Source: an uncultured Gemmatimonadales bacterium
GTDB taxonomy: Bacteria; Gemmatimonadota; Gemmatimonadetes; Longimicrobiales; Longimicrobiaceae
NCBI GenBank assembly: GCA_963716255.1
Contig: OY970303.1
Coordinates: 2,368,001 to 2,432,000 of the forward strand
DNA: 64,000 nt
Direction: 5' to 3'
The position numbers were made by a program, and so were the translations under genes. The notes under the pieces were generated by a model. It was not told the DNA's origin. It saw only the letters and a program-made list of their open reading frames with translations, and searched no databases. Shown here piece after piece: positions 34,901 to 46,900 of the stretch. Within the stretch, counting starts at the first letter, position 1, and the number at the start of each line of letters is the position of its first letter.

Positions 34901-37900
34901 TCCCGCCAGTAGCCGAGCTGTGCCTCCAGCCCCGCGCCGCTCAGCCGCTCGCGCTGCCACACGGCGTAGTCCGCGTACTGCACCGGCAGCTCCGCCAGCG
35001 GCGAGGGCTCGCCCCGGGTGAAGGCGCCGTACAGGGCGGACGCCTCCCGCACCAGCACGTTCCGGCTCCAGCCGTCGCTGACGATGTGGTGCAGCGTCAG
35101 CAGGAGGACGTGGTCGTCGTCGGCCAGGCGCAGCAGCGTGCAGCGCAGCAGCGGTCCGCGCGTCAGGTCGAAGGGCCGCCGCGCCTCGTCGGCGGCGAGC
35201 CGCTCCGCCCGGCGCACCGCGTCCGGAGCGCCGCGCAGGTCGATGAGCGGCAGCTCCACCGGCGCGTGCGGGTGGACGAGTTGCACGGGCAGGCCGCCGC
35301 GCTCGCCGAACGTGGTGCGCAACGCCTCGTGGCGCCGCACCACCTCGCCGAGGCTCGCCCGCAGCGCGCCCGCGTCCAGCCCACCGCCCAGGCGCAGTGC
35401 GTAGGACATGTTGTACGCGGGGCTGCCCGGATCCAGGCGGTCGACCACCCACAGCCGCTGCTGCGCGAAGGACACCGGCAGCGGCGCCTCGCGCGAGACC
35501 CGCTCCATCGGTGGCGCCACCGACGTGCCCGCGCTGCGCAGCGCCTCGATGCGCCCGGCCAGTGCGCCCACGGTCTGGGCCTCGAACAGGGCGCGCAGCG
35601 GCACCTCCACCCCGAAGGCCCGCCGCGCGCGCGACACCACCTGCGTGGCCAGCAGCGAGTGCCCCCCCAGGTCGAAGAAGCCCTCCTCCACCCCCACCCG
35701 CTCCACCCTCAGCACCTCCGACCAGATCCCCGCCAGCACCTCCTCGACCACCGTCCTCGGCGCCACGTACAGGTCCTCCGCCGGCCCGTATGCCGGCGCC
35801 GGCAGAGCCCGCCGGTCGACCTTGCCGTTCCTCGTCACCGGCAGCCGCTCCAGCACCACGTACGCTCCGGGCACCATGTACTCCGGCAACCGCTCCGCCG
35901 CGTGCGCCCGCAGCCCGGCCGCGCTCAGCTCCGCCCCCGCCTCGCCCGTCACGTACGCCACCAGCCGCGGCTGCCCCGGAACGTCCTCCCGCAGCAGCAC
36001 GGTCGCCTCCCTCACCTGCCCATGCCCTCGCAGGGTCGCCTCGATCTCCCCCAGCTCCACCCGGTAGCCGCGCACCTTCACCTGGTGGTCCGTCCGCCCC
36101 AGGAACTCCACCTCCCCGTCCGCGCGCCGCCGACCCACGTCCCCCGTCCGGTACAGCCGCGCGCCCGCAACGCCCCGGTGCGGGTCCGGGAGGAAGCGCT
36201 CCGCCGTCAGCTCGGGCCTGCCCAGGTAGCCGCGCGCCATCCCCGCCCCACCGATGTACAGCTCCCCGGCCACCCCCACCGGAACCGGCTCCAGGCCCGC
36301 GTCCAGCACGTACAGCTGCGTGTTCGCCACCGCGCGCCCAATCGGCGGGTCGCCCCCCTCCCACGAGTACGCGCTGGAGGTCATGCGGATCCCCGCCTCC
36401 GTCGCCCCGTACCCGTTGAAGAAGCGACGCCCCGCGCCCCACCGCTTCACCAGCTCCGCCGCCAGCACCTCGCCACCGGTGACGATGGTCTTCAACTCCG
36501 GCAGCGTCTCCACCGGCGTGACCGCCAGCGCCGAGGGCATGATCTTCAGGTGCGTGATCCGCTGCTCCCTCAACACCCGCAGCAGGTCCTCGCCCGGCAG
36601 CAGCGCCTCGCGGCGGGCAAGCACCAGCTCCGCCCCGTTGCACAGCGCCGTGAAGATGTCGGCCACCGAGGCGTCGAAGAACAGCGGCGCGTACGCCAGG
36701 TTCCGCTCGCCGGGAGCGGCGCCGTAGACGCGGCCCAGCTCCAGAAAGGTGTTGCCCACGCCGCGGTGGTCGCAGAGCACGCCCTTGGGTCGGCCCGTGG
36801 ACCCCGAGGTGTAGATGATGTAGGCCAGGTTGTCGGGATGGACGCCGGTGAGTGGAGCCTCCTCGCTCTCCCGCGAGATGCGCTCGGCTTCCGCGTCGAC
36901 CACCAGGAGCGGCACGCCCCAGTCGCGCAGCCGGTCCGCGAGCGCGGCCTGAGTGAGCAGGAGGGCCGGGGCGGCGTCGCGCAGCATGTAGGCGCGACGC
37001 TCGGCGGGGAGCTCGGGATCCAGCGGCAGGTAGGCGCCGCCGGCCAGGAGCACACCCAGCACCGAGACGACTACCTCCGGAGCCGCCTCCATGCAGACGG
37101 CCACGCGGGTCTCGGGGCCGACGCCCTCCCGCCGCAGCCGGTTGGCGAGCCGGCATGAGCGCCGGTAGAGCTCGGCGTAGCCGAGGCGCTGCTCCTCGAA
37201 GCGCAGGGCGGGCGCATCGGGGGTGCGCAGCACCTGTGCGTGCACCAGCTCGTGGATGCACAGATTGCCGCTGTAGACGGTGTCGGGCCCGTTCCAGGCG
37301 TACAGCAGTTGCTCACGCTCGGCGCCGCGCAGCAGCGGCGCCTCCGAGAGGCGCTGCCCCGGCGCGGCCACCATCGCTTCCAGCAGGGCCTTGAGGTGCT
37401 CGACCATACGCGCGACCGTCTCCGCTTCGAAGAGCCTTTCGCGGTAGGTGAGCGACGCCGTGAGCGCTTCCTCCTCGTCCATCACGGCCAGGTTCAGGTC
37501 GAACCGCGCTACGCCCTCACCCTCCCCGAACGGCTCCAGCTTCACCTCGCCCAGAGACAGCTCCTCGCGTCCGCTGATGCGGTTGAGCCCGAAGACCACC
37601 TGGAAGAGCGGCGCGTGCGTGGTGCTGCGGTCCGTGACCAGCTCCTCCACGATCCGCTCGAAGGGCAGATCCTGGTGCTCGAAGGCGCCCAGCGCCGCTT
37701 CCCTTACCCGGCCCAGCAGCTCCGCCCACGTGGGATCGCCGCCCAGGTCCGTGCGCAACGCGAGCATGTTGACGAAGAAGCCGATCAGCCCCTCCGTCTC
37801 CGCACGCGTCCGCCCCGCGACGGGGCTGCCCACGACTACGTCGTCCTGCCCGGCGTAGCGGCCCAACAGTGCCTGCCACCCCGACAGCATGGTCATGAAC

Positions 37901-40900
37901 AGCGTTGTGCCCTCGCGGCGAGAGAGCGCCCGCAGCTCGTTCGACAGCCCGGCTGGCAGTGCGAAGCCGTGGCTGCCCGAGCGCGGGCTCAGCCCCGGGA
38001 CGCGCGGGCGGTCGACCGGGACCTCCAGCACCGGGGGGGCGCCTCGCAGCGTTTCCCGCCAGAAGCTGAGCCGCTCCTCCAGCGTCTCGCCAGAGAGCCA
38101 CCGGCGCTGCCAGACGGCGAAATCGGCGTACTGGACCTCCAACTCCGGCAGCTCCGCCGCCTCGCCGCGCAGGGCGGCGTAGAGCGCGGAGACCTCGCGC
38201 ACCAGTACGCCGCGGCTCCAGCCGTCGGTGACGATGTGGTGCATGGTGAAGCACAGCACGTGGTCGTCGTCGTCCAGGCGCAGCAGCGTGCACCGGAGCA
38301 GCGGCCCGCGCGCCAGGTCGAACGGGAGCAGCGCCTCCTCTGATGCCAGCCGCTCGGCCTCGGCCTCACGCTCCGCTTCGGGCAGGTGCCGCAGGTCCAG
38401 CTCCACCAGCGCGACCGGGGCGGGCGGGTGGATCACCTGCACGGGCCCGCGCTCGTGCTCGGCGAAGACCGTGCGCAGCGTCTCGTGGCGCCCCACCAGC
38501 GCGTCCAGGCTGGCCCGCAGGGCGCGGGGGTCCAGCGCACCGCGTAGACGCAGCGCATACGGCATGTTGTAGGCGGGGCTGTTCGGATCCAGGCGGTCGA
38601 CCACCCACAGCCGCTGCTGCGCGAAGGACACCGGCAGCGGCGCCTCGCGCGAGACCCGCTCCATCGGTGGCGCCACCGACGTGCCCGTGCCGCGCAGCGC
38701 CTCGATGCGCCCGGCCAGTGCGCTCACGGTCTGGGCCTCGAACAGGGCGCGCAGCGGCACCTCCACCCCGAAGGCCCGCCGCGCGCGCGACACCACCTGC
38801 GTGGCCAGCAGCGAGTGCCCCCCCAGGTCGAAGAAGCCCTCCTCCACCCCCACCCGCTCCACCCTCAGCACCTCCGACCAGATCCCCGCCAGCACCTCCT
38901 CGACCACCGTCCTCGGCGCCACGTACAGGTCCTCCGCCGGCCCGTACGCCGGCGCCGGCAGAGCCCGCCGGTCGACCTTGCCGTTCCTCGTCACCGGCAG
39001 CCGCTCCAGCACCACGTACGCTCCGGGCACCATGTACTCCGGCAACCGCTCCGCCGCGTGCGCCCGCAGCCCGGCCGCGCTCAGCTCCGCCCCCGCCTCG
39101 CCCGTCACGTACGCCACCAGCCGCGGCTGCCCCGGAACGTCCTCCCGCAGCAGCACGGTCGCCTCCCTCACCTGCCCATGCCCTCGCAGGGTCGCCTCGA
39201 TCTCCCCCAGCTCCACCCGGTAGCCGCGCACCTTCACCTGGTGGTCCGTCCGCCCCAGGAACTCCACCTCCCCGTCCGCGCGCCGCCGACCCACGTCCCC
39301 CGTCCGGTACAGCCGCGCGCCCGCAACGCCCCGGTGCGGGTCCGGGAGGAAGCGCTCCGCCGTCAGCTCGGGCCTGCCCAGGTAGCCGCGCGCCATCCCC
39401 GCCCCACCGATGTACAGCTCCCCGGCCACCCCCACCGGAACCGGCTCCAGGCCCGCGTCCAGCACGTACAGCTGCGTGTTCGCCACCGCGCGCCCAATCG
39501 GCGGGTCGCCCCCCTCCCACGAGTACGCGCTGGAGGTCATGCGGATCCCCGCCTCCGTCGCCCCGTACCCGTTGAAGAAGCGACGCCCCGCGCCCCACCG
39601 CTTCACCAGCTCCGCCGCCAGCACCTCGCCACCGGTGACGATGGTCTTCAACTCCGGCAGCGTCTCCACCGGCGTGACCGCCAGCGCCGAGGGCATGATC
39701 TTCAGGTGCGTGATCCGCTGCTCCCTCAACACCCGCAGCAGGTCCTCGCCCGGCAGCAGCGCCTCGCGGCGGGCAAGCACCAGCTCCGCCCCGTTGCACA
39801 GCGCCGTGAAGATGTCGGCCACCGAGGCGTCGAAGAACAGCGGCGCGTACGCCAGGTTCCGCTCGCCGGGAGCGGCGCCGTAGACGCGGCCCAGTTCCAG
39901 AAAGGTGTTGCCCACGCCGCGGTGGTCGCAGAGCACGCCCTTGGGTCGGCCCGTGGACCCCGAGGTGTAGATGACGTAGGCCAGGTTGTCGGGATGGACG
40001 CCGGTGGCTGGCGCCTCCTCGCTCTCCCGCGCGATACGCTCGGCTTCCGCGTCGACCACCAGGAGCGGCACGCCCCAGTCGCGCAGCCGGTCCGCGAGCG
40101 CGGCCTGAGTGAGCAGGAGGGCCGGGGCGGCGTCGCGCAGCATGTAGGCGCGACGCTCGGCGGGGAGCTCGGGATCCAGCGGCAGGTAGGCGCCGCCGGC
40201 CAGGAGCACACCCAGCACCGAGACGACTACCTCCGGAGCCGCCTCCATGCAGACGGCCACGCGGGTCTCGGGGCCGACGCCCTCCCGCCGCAGCCGGTTG
40301 GCGAGCCGGCATGAGCGCCGGTAGAGCTCGGCGTAGCCGAGGCGCTGCTCCTCGAAGCGCAGGGCGGGCGCATCGGGGGTGCGCAGCACCTGTGCGTGCA
40401 CCAGCTCGTGGATGCACAGATTGCCGCTGTAGACGGTGTCGGGCCCGTTCCAGGCGTACAGCAGTTGCCCACGCTCGGCGCCGCGCAGCAGCATCACCTC
40501 CGAGAGGCGCTGCCCCGGGTGCGCCGCCGCCATGGCCTCCAGCAGCACCTCGAAGTGGCCGCCCATCCGCGCGGCCGTCTCCGCCTCGAACAGCCCCGTC
40601 CGGTAGAGCAGCGCCCCCGAGAGCCCCTCGTCCTCGTCCAGCATCCTCAGGTTCAGGTCGAACTTGGTCTCCTCCAGCTCGCCCCCGAACGGCTCCAGCC
40701 GCACTGTGCCCAGCGACAGCCGCTCGTCCCGCGCCCCGGCGCGGGTCAGCGCGAAGACCGCCTGGAAGACGGGGGAATGCGTCAGGCTGCGCTCGGTCGC
40801 CAGCTCGTCCACCAGCCTCTCGAAGGGGAGGTGCTGGTGGACGTACGCCCCCAGCGCCCTTTCATGCACCCGCCCCAGCAGCTCGGCCCAGGTGGGATCG

Positions 40901-43900
40901 GCCGCCAGGTCACCGCGCATGGCCAGCATGTTGACGAAGAAGCCGATGAGCCCCTCCAGCTCGACCCGCGTACGCCCGGCGATGGGCGTGCCGACGACCA
41001 CGTCATCCTGCCCCGAGTAGCGGCCAAGCAGCGTCTGCCAGGCGGCCATCAGCGTCATGAACAGCGTGGTGCCCTCGCGCCGCGAGAGCGCCCGCAGCCC
41101 GGCCGTGGTCGCGGCCGGGAGCGCGAAGCGGTGCATCCCCGCGCGCGTGCTCTGCGCCGCGGAGCGTGGGCGGTCGGTGGAGATCTCCAGGAGCGGGGGG
41201 GCGCCTCGCAGCTGTTCCTTCCAGAAGCCGATCTGCTCGTCCAGCACCTCGCCGCTCAGCCACTCGCGCTGCCACACGGCGAAGTCGGCGTACTGCACCG
41301 GCAGCTCGGGGAGCGCCGGCTCCTCGCCGCGGCTGAAGGCTGCGTAGAGCGCGGAGACCTCGCGCACCAGCACGTCCATGCTCCAGCCGTCGGTGACCAC
41401 GTGGTGCACGGTGAAGCACAGCACGTGGTCGTCCTCGCCCAGGCGCAGCAGCGTGCTCCGCAGCAGCGGGCCGCGCGCCAGGTCGAACGGGCGCAGCGAC
41501 TCCTCGCCCGCGAGCCGCTCCGCCTCCGGCTCCCGCGCCGCGGCCGGCAGACCGCGCAGGTCGAGATCGAGCACGACCACCGGAACGGCCGGGTGGATGT
41601 GCTGCACGGGCACGCCCGCGTGCTCCACGAACGTGGTGCGCAGCGTCTCGTGCCGCCGCACCAGCGCGTCCAGGCTGGCCCGCAGCGCCGCCGTGTCCAG
41701 TTCGCCGCCGAGGCGCAGCGCGTACGACAGGTTGTAGGCGGGGCTGTCCGGCTCGATCCGGTTCACCACCCACAGCCGCTGCTGCGCGAACGACAGCGGC
41801 AGCGCTGAGCCCTCGCGCGGCACCGGTACCATGGGCGGCGCCAGCCGGGTGCCCGTGCCGCGCAGCGCCTCGATCCGCCCGGCCAGCCCGGCCACGGTGG
41901 GCGCCTCGAACAGCGCCTTCAGCGCCACCTCCACCCCGAAGGCCACGCGCACCCGCGAGACCACCTGCGTGGCCAGCAGGCTGTGACCCCCCAGCCCGAA
42001 GAAGTTCACCTCCGCACCCACCCGCTCCACCCCCAGCACCTCCGCCCAGATCCCCGCCAGCACCTCCTCCGCGGGCGTCCTCGGCGCCGTGTACGCGTCC
42101 AGAGCGGTCCCGCGATCCGGCGCCGGCAGCGCGCGACGGTCCACCTTGCCGTTGGCGTTCAGCGGCAGCTTGTCCAGCGTCACGAAAGCGCCCGGCACCA
42201 TGTACTCCGGCAGCCGCTCCCCCAGGCGCGCCCGCAGATCGGCCGTCGAGAGCTCCGCACCCGCCTGCGGCACCACGTACGCCACCAGCCGCTTCTGACC
42301 GGGCACGTCCTCCCGTACCGTGACCACCGCCTCCCGCACGCCCGGGGCCTCCAGCAGCGCCGCCTCGACCTCGCCCGGCTCGATGCGGAAGCCGCGCAGC
42401 TTGACCTGCTCGTCCATGCGCCCCAGGAACTCCACCTCGCCCCCCGGCAGCCAGCGTACCCGGTCCCCCGTTCGGTACGCCCGCGCCCCCGCGGCCCCGA
42501 AGGCGTCCGGGACGAAGCGCTCCGCCGTCCGCTCCGGGCGGCCCAGGTAGCCACGCCCCACCCCCTCCCCCGCGATGTACAGCTCCCCCGCCACGCCCAC
42601 CGGCACTGGCTGCCCGGACCGGTCCAGCACGTAGAGGCGCACGTTCCCCGTGGCACGACCCACCGGCAGGTTGCTCCAGCGCGACCCGTCCTCGCCCGCC
42701 TCCAGGCGCAGCGTGGTGGAGGTGCAGGCCGTCTCCGTCAGCCCGTAGACGTGCACCAGCGGCAGGCGCAGCTCGGCCCACTCGCGCAGCCGCTGCGGCG
42801 CGATCCGCTCACCCCCCACCAGCACCAGGCGCACGCTCTGCGGCACGCGCCATCCCTGCCCGCTCAGCTCGCGCACCCACTCGTGCCAGTACGCCGTGGG
42901 CAGCTCGAAGACGCTCACCCCCTGCTGCCCCACCACCTCCAGCAGCTCGGCCGGTGAGAGCAGGTTGCTGCGCGAGAACACCACGCAGGCGCCGCTGAGC
43001 CAGGCGGGGAACAGCTCCTCCACGACCACGTCGAAGCCGGGCGAGGCGAACTGGAGCACCCGGTCCTCCCCACACAGGCCGATGCGCTGCGCCATGTCGG
43101 CGGCGTAGTTGACCAGGGCCCGGTGCTGCACCATGGCGCCCTTGGGCGTGCCGGTCGAGCCCGAGGTGTAGATGGCGTAGGCCAGGTTGTCCGCCATGGC
43201 GCCGCTGCGGGGCGCCTCCGCCGGGGCGCCAGCCAGCTCGTCCCGCAGCGCGTCCGGGACGAGGAGGGGCACACCGGCGCTGGAGTAGCTCCCGGCCAGC
43301 TCCGCCTGCGTCAGCAGCAGGGCGGCCCCGCAGTCGCGCAGCATGGAGGCGCAGCGCTCGGCCGGGTAGGCGGGGTCCAGCGGGACGTAGGCGCCGCCGG
43401 CCTTGAGCACCGCCAGGATGCACACGGCCATCTCGGGCCCCTTCTCCACGCCGATGCCCACGCGGGTCTCGGGGCCGACGCCGCGCCTCCGCAGCAGGTG
43501 CGCCAGGCGATTGGCCTGCCCCTCCAGCTGCGCGTAGGTCAGGCTCCGGTCCTCGAAGCGCACCGCCGCGGCTCCGGGCGTGCGCGAGGCCTGGGCGGCG
43601 AAGAGGTCGTGGATGCAGGCGTGGCGGGGGAAGTCGGCGGCGGTGGCGTTCCACGCCTCCAGCACCTGTGCGCGCGCGCTCCCGCCCAGCAGGGACAGCT
43701 CCGAGAGGCGGCACTGCGGCCGGCCGGCCATGGCCTCCAGCACGAGGGCCAGGTGCCCGGCCATGCGCTCGACGGTGGCGGCATCGAACAGTGCCTGGCG
43801 GAAGCGCAGCGCACCGCGAAGGGCCTCTTCCGTGTCGACCAGGGTGAGGTCCAGGTCGAACTGTGCCAGCGGCTCCCCCCGGCCGAAGGGCGCGATGCCC

Positions 43901-46900
43901 ACCTCGCCCAGCGCGAGCCCCTCGTCCGCGGCGGCGCGCTCCAGCTCGAAGGTGACCTGGAACACCGGGTCGTGGTTGAGGCTGCGCTCCACGTCCAGCG
44001 CCTCCACCAGCCGCTCGAAGGGCAGCTCCTGGTGCTCGTACGCCCCCAGCGCCGTCTCCCGCACCCGCCCCAGCAGCTCGCTCCACGTGGGGTCTCCGCT
44101 CAGGTCGCCGCGCAGCGCCAGCATGTTGACGAAGAAGCCGATCAGCCCTTCCGTTTCCCGCCGGGTGCGCCCCGCGATGGGGGTACCCACCACCACCTCG
44201 TCCTGCCCCGCGTAGCGGCCCAGCAGCACCTGCCAGGCGGCAAGCGACGTCATGAACAGCGTCGTCCCCTCTGCGCGCGAGAGCGCCCGCAGCCCGCTCG
44301 ACAGCTCGGGAGACAGGACGAAGTGACGGCTCTCCGCCCGCGCGCCCTGGGCCGCGGTGCGCGGGTGGTCCGTGGGGATCTCCAGCAGCGGGGGCGCGCC
44401 GCCCAGCTGTTCCTTCCAGAAGCCGATCTGCGCCTCCAGCACTTCACCGCTGAGCCACTCGCGCTGCCACACCGCGAAGTCGGCGTACTGCACCGGCAGC
44501 TCGGGGAGGTCCGGCTCCTCGCCCCGGCCGAAGGCGGCGTAGAGGACCGAGACCTCGCGCACCAGCAACTGCATGCTCCAGCCGTCGCTGACCACGTGGT
44601 GCAGCGTGAAGAGGAGCACGTGCTCCTCCTCGTCCAGGCGCAGCAGCGTGCTCCGCAGCAGCGGCCCGCGCGCCAGGTCGAAGGCCAGCAGCGCCTCCTC
44701 GGACGCCAGCCGCCCGGCCTCGGCCTCACGCTCCGCGGCCGGCAGATCGCGCAGGTCCAGCTCCCTGAGCTCGACGGACGCGGCCGGGTGGATGACCTGC
44801 ACGGGGACGCCGCCCTGCTCCGCGAACGTGGTGCGCAGCGTCTCGTGGCGCCGCACCAGCGCGTCCAGGCTGGCCCGCAGCGCCGCGGCGTCCAGCTCAC
44901 CGCCCAGGCGCAGCGCGAAGGGCATGTTGTACGCGGGGCTTCCCGGCTCCAGCCGGTCCACCACCCACAGCCGCTGCTGCGCGAACGACACCGGCAGCGG
45001 CGAGCCGTCCCGCGGCACCGGCACGATCGGCGGCGCCAGCATGGTCCCGGCGCTGCGCAGCGCCTCGATGCGACCGGCCAGCGCCGCCACGGTGGGTGCC
45101 TCGAAGAGCGCCCGCAGCGGAAGCTCCACCCCGAACACCTCACGCACCCGCGACACCACGCGTGTCGCCAGCAGCGAGTGGCCGCCCCGTTCGAAGAAGC
45201 TCGACTCCACGCCCACCCGCTCGGTCCCCAGCACTTCCGCCCAGATCCCCGCCAGCACCTCCTCCGCAACCGTCCTCGGTCCGGTGTACGCCGCGCCGCC
45301 CGCCCCGTGCTCCGGCGCCGGCAGCGCGCCGCGGTCCACCTTGCCGTTGGCGTTCACCGGCAGCCGCTCCAGCACCACGAACGCGCCGGGCACCATGTGC
45401 TCCGGCAGCCGCGCGCCCGCGAGCGCCCGCAGGCCCGCGGCCGAGAGCCCGGCCTCCCGCTCCGCCGCCACGTACGCCACCAGGCGCTTCCGGCCCGGCG
45501 CGTCCTCCCGCACCATCACCAGCGCGTCGCGGACGGCCGCGTCCTCCAGCAGCACCGCCTCGATCTCCCCCGGCTCGATGCGGAAGCCGCGGATCTTGAC
45601 TTGGGCGTCCACCCGGCCCAGGAACTCCAGCTCTCCGTCCGCGCGCCGACGCACCCGGTCGCCCGTGCGGTACAGACGTCCTCCCACCGCGCCGAACGGG
45701 TCGGGGACGAACCGCGCGGCGGTCAGCTCCGGCCGCCCCAGGTACCCGCGCGCCACGCCCCCGCCCGCCAAGCACAGCTCGCCGGGCACTCCGGCCGGCA
45801 GCAGGCCCCCCGCCGCGTCCAGCACGTGCATCCCCACGCCCGGCAGCGGACGTCCCACCATCTGCCAGTCGGGGCGCGCGTCACGGCGCAGCGGCGTCGC
45901 CGAGCTGATCATCGTGTTCTCGGTGGGCCCGTACATCGCCCACACCCGCGCCCCGGGGAAGGCGGCCTGCATCTGCTCCAGCAGGTCGGGCGCGATGGCG
46001 TCGCCGCCCACGAAGACCCGCCGCATGCGCGGCAGCGTCCCCGCCCCCGCCCGCACCCGCGCGGCCACCTCGCGCATCAGCGCCGGAACGGCGTGCAGCG
46101 CCTCCACGCCCGCAAGCTCCGCGACCAGGCGCTCCACGTCCTGCACGCTCTCCCGCTCGAGCAGACGGGCCACTCCGCCCACCAGCAGCGGCGCGAACGC
46201 CTCGAAGGTCCAGATGTCGAAGGCGTGGCTGGCCATCACCGGCATCACCTCCCCGGCCGCCAGCCCGAAGCTCTCACTGGTGCCCCGCAGCGCGTGCACC
46301 AGGCTGGCGTGCTCGACCACCACGCCCTTGGGCCTCCCGGTGGAGCCGGAGGTGTAGATGACGTACGCCGCGTTGCGGACGCCGACGCCGCTCCCGGGCT
46401 CTGTGTCCGGCTCGCGCTCGACCGCCTCCCGGTCCGCGTCCATGCGGACGACGCCGCCCGTGAAGGCGGGAAGCGTCTCCAGCAGCCTGCTCCGCGTCAC
46501 GAGCAGGGCGGCGCCGGAGTCGGAGAGCGTGTAGGCCAGGCGCTCGGCCGGGTAGGCGGCGTCCAACGGCACGTACGCCCCGCCGGCCTTGAGCACCCCC
46601 AGCACCGCGACCACCATCTCCACCCCGCGCTCCAGGCATATGGCGACGCGGGTCTCCGGCCCCACGCCGCGCCGCCGGAGCAGGTGGGCGAGCCGGTTGG
46701 CCCTGCCGTCCAGCGCGGCGTACGTCAGCGCCTCGTCCGCGAAGACGACCGCGGGAGCGCCGGGGGTACGCCGTGCCTGCCGTGCGACCAGCTCGTGCAT
46801 GCACGCCGGGACGTGCCCCAGAGGCTCCGCGCTGGAATCCGCAAGCAGCCGCGCCCGCTCGTCCTCGCGCAGCAGCGACACCTCGGAGAGGCGCCGGTGC

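Noticed and set aside
41370..41410. Asp in GWSMD of C8 as a mirror determinant for basic donor residues
   Set aside because: C19 and C20 also follow basic modules but read GWSMQ, and C1/C2 have GWSMD, so there is no consistent correlation.
45170..45200. T-domain variant FFERGGHS in M6
   Set aside because: The phosphopantetheine Ser is intact; a single substitution is not enough to infer module skipping.
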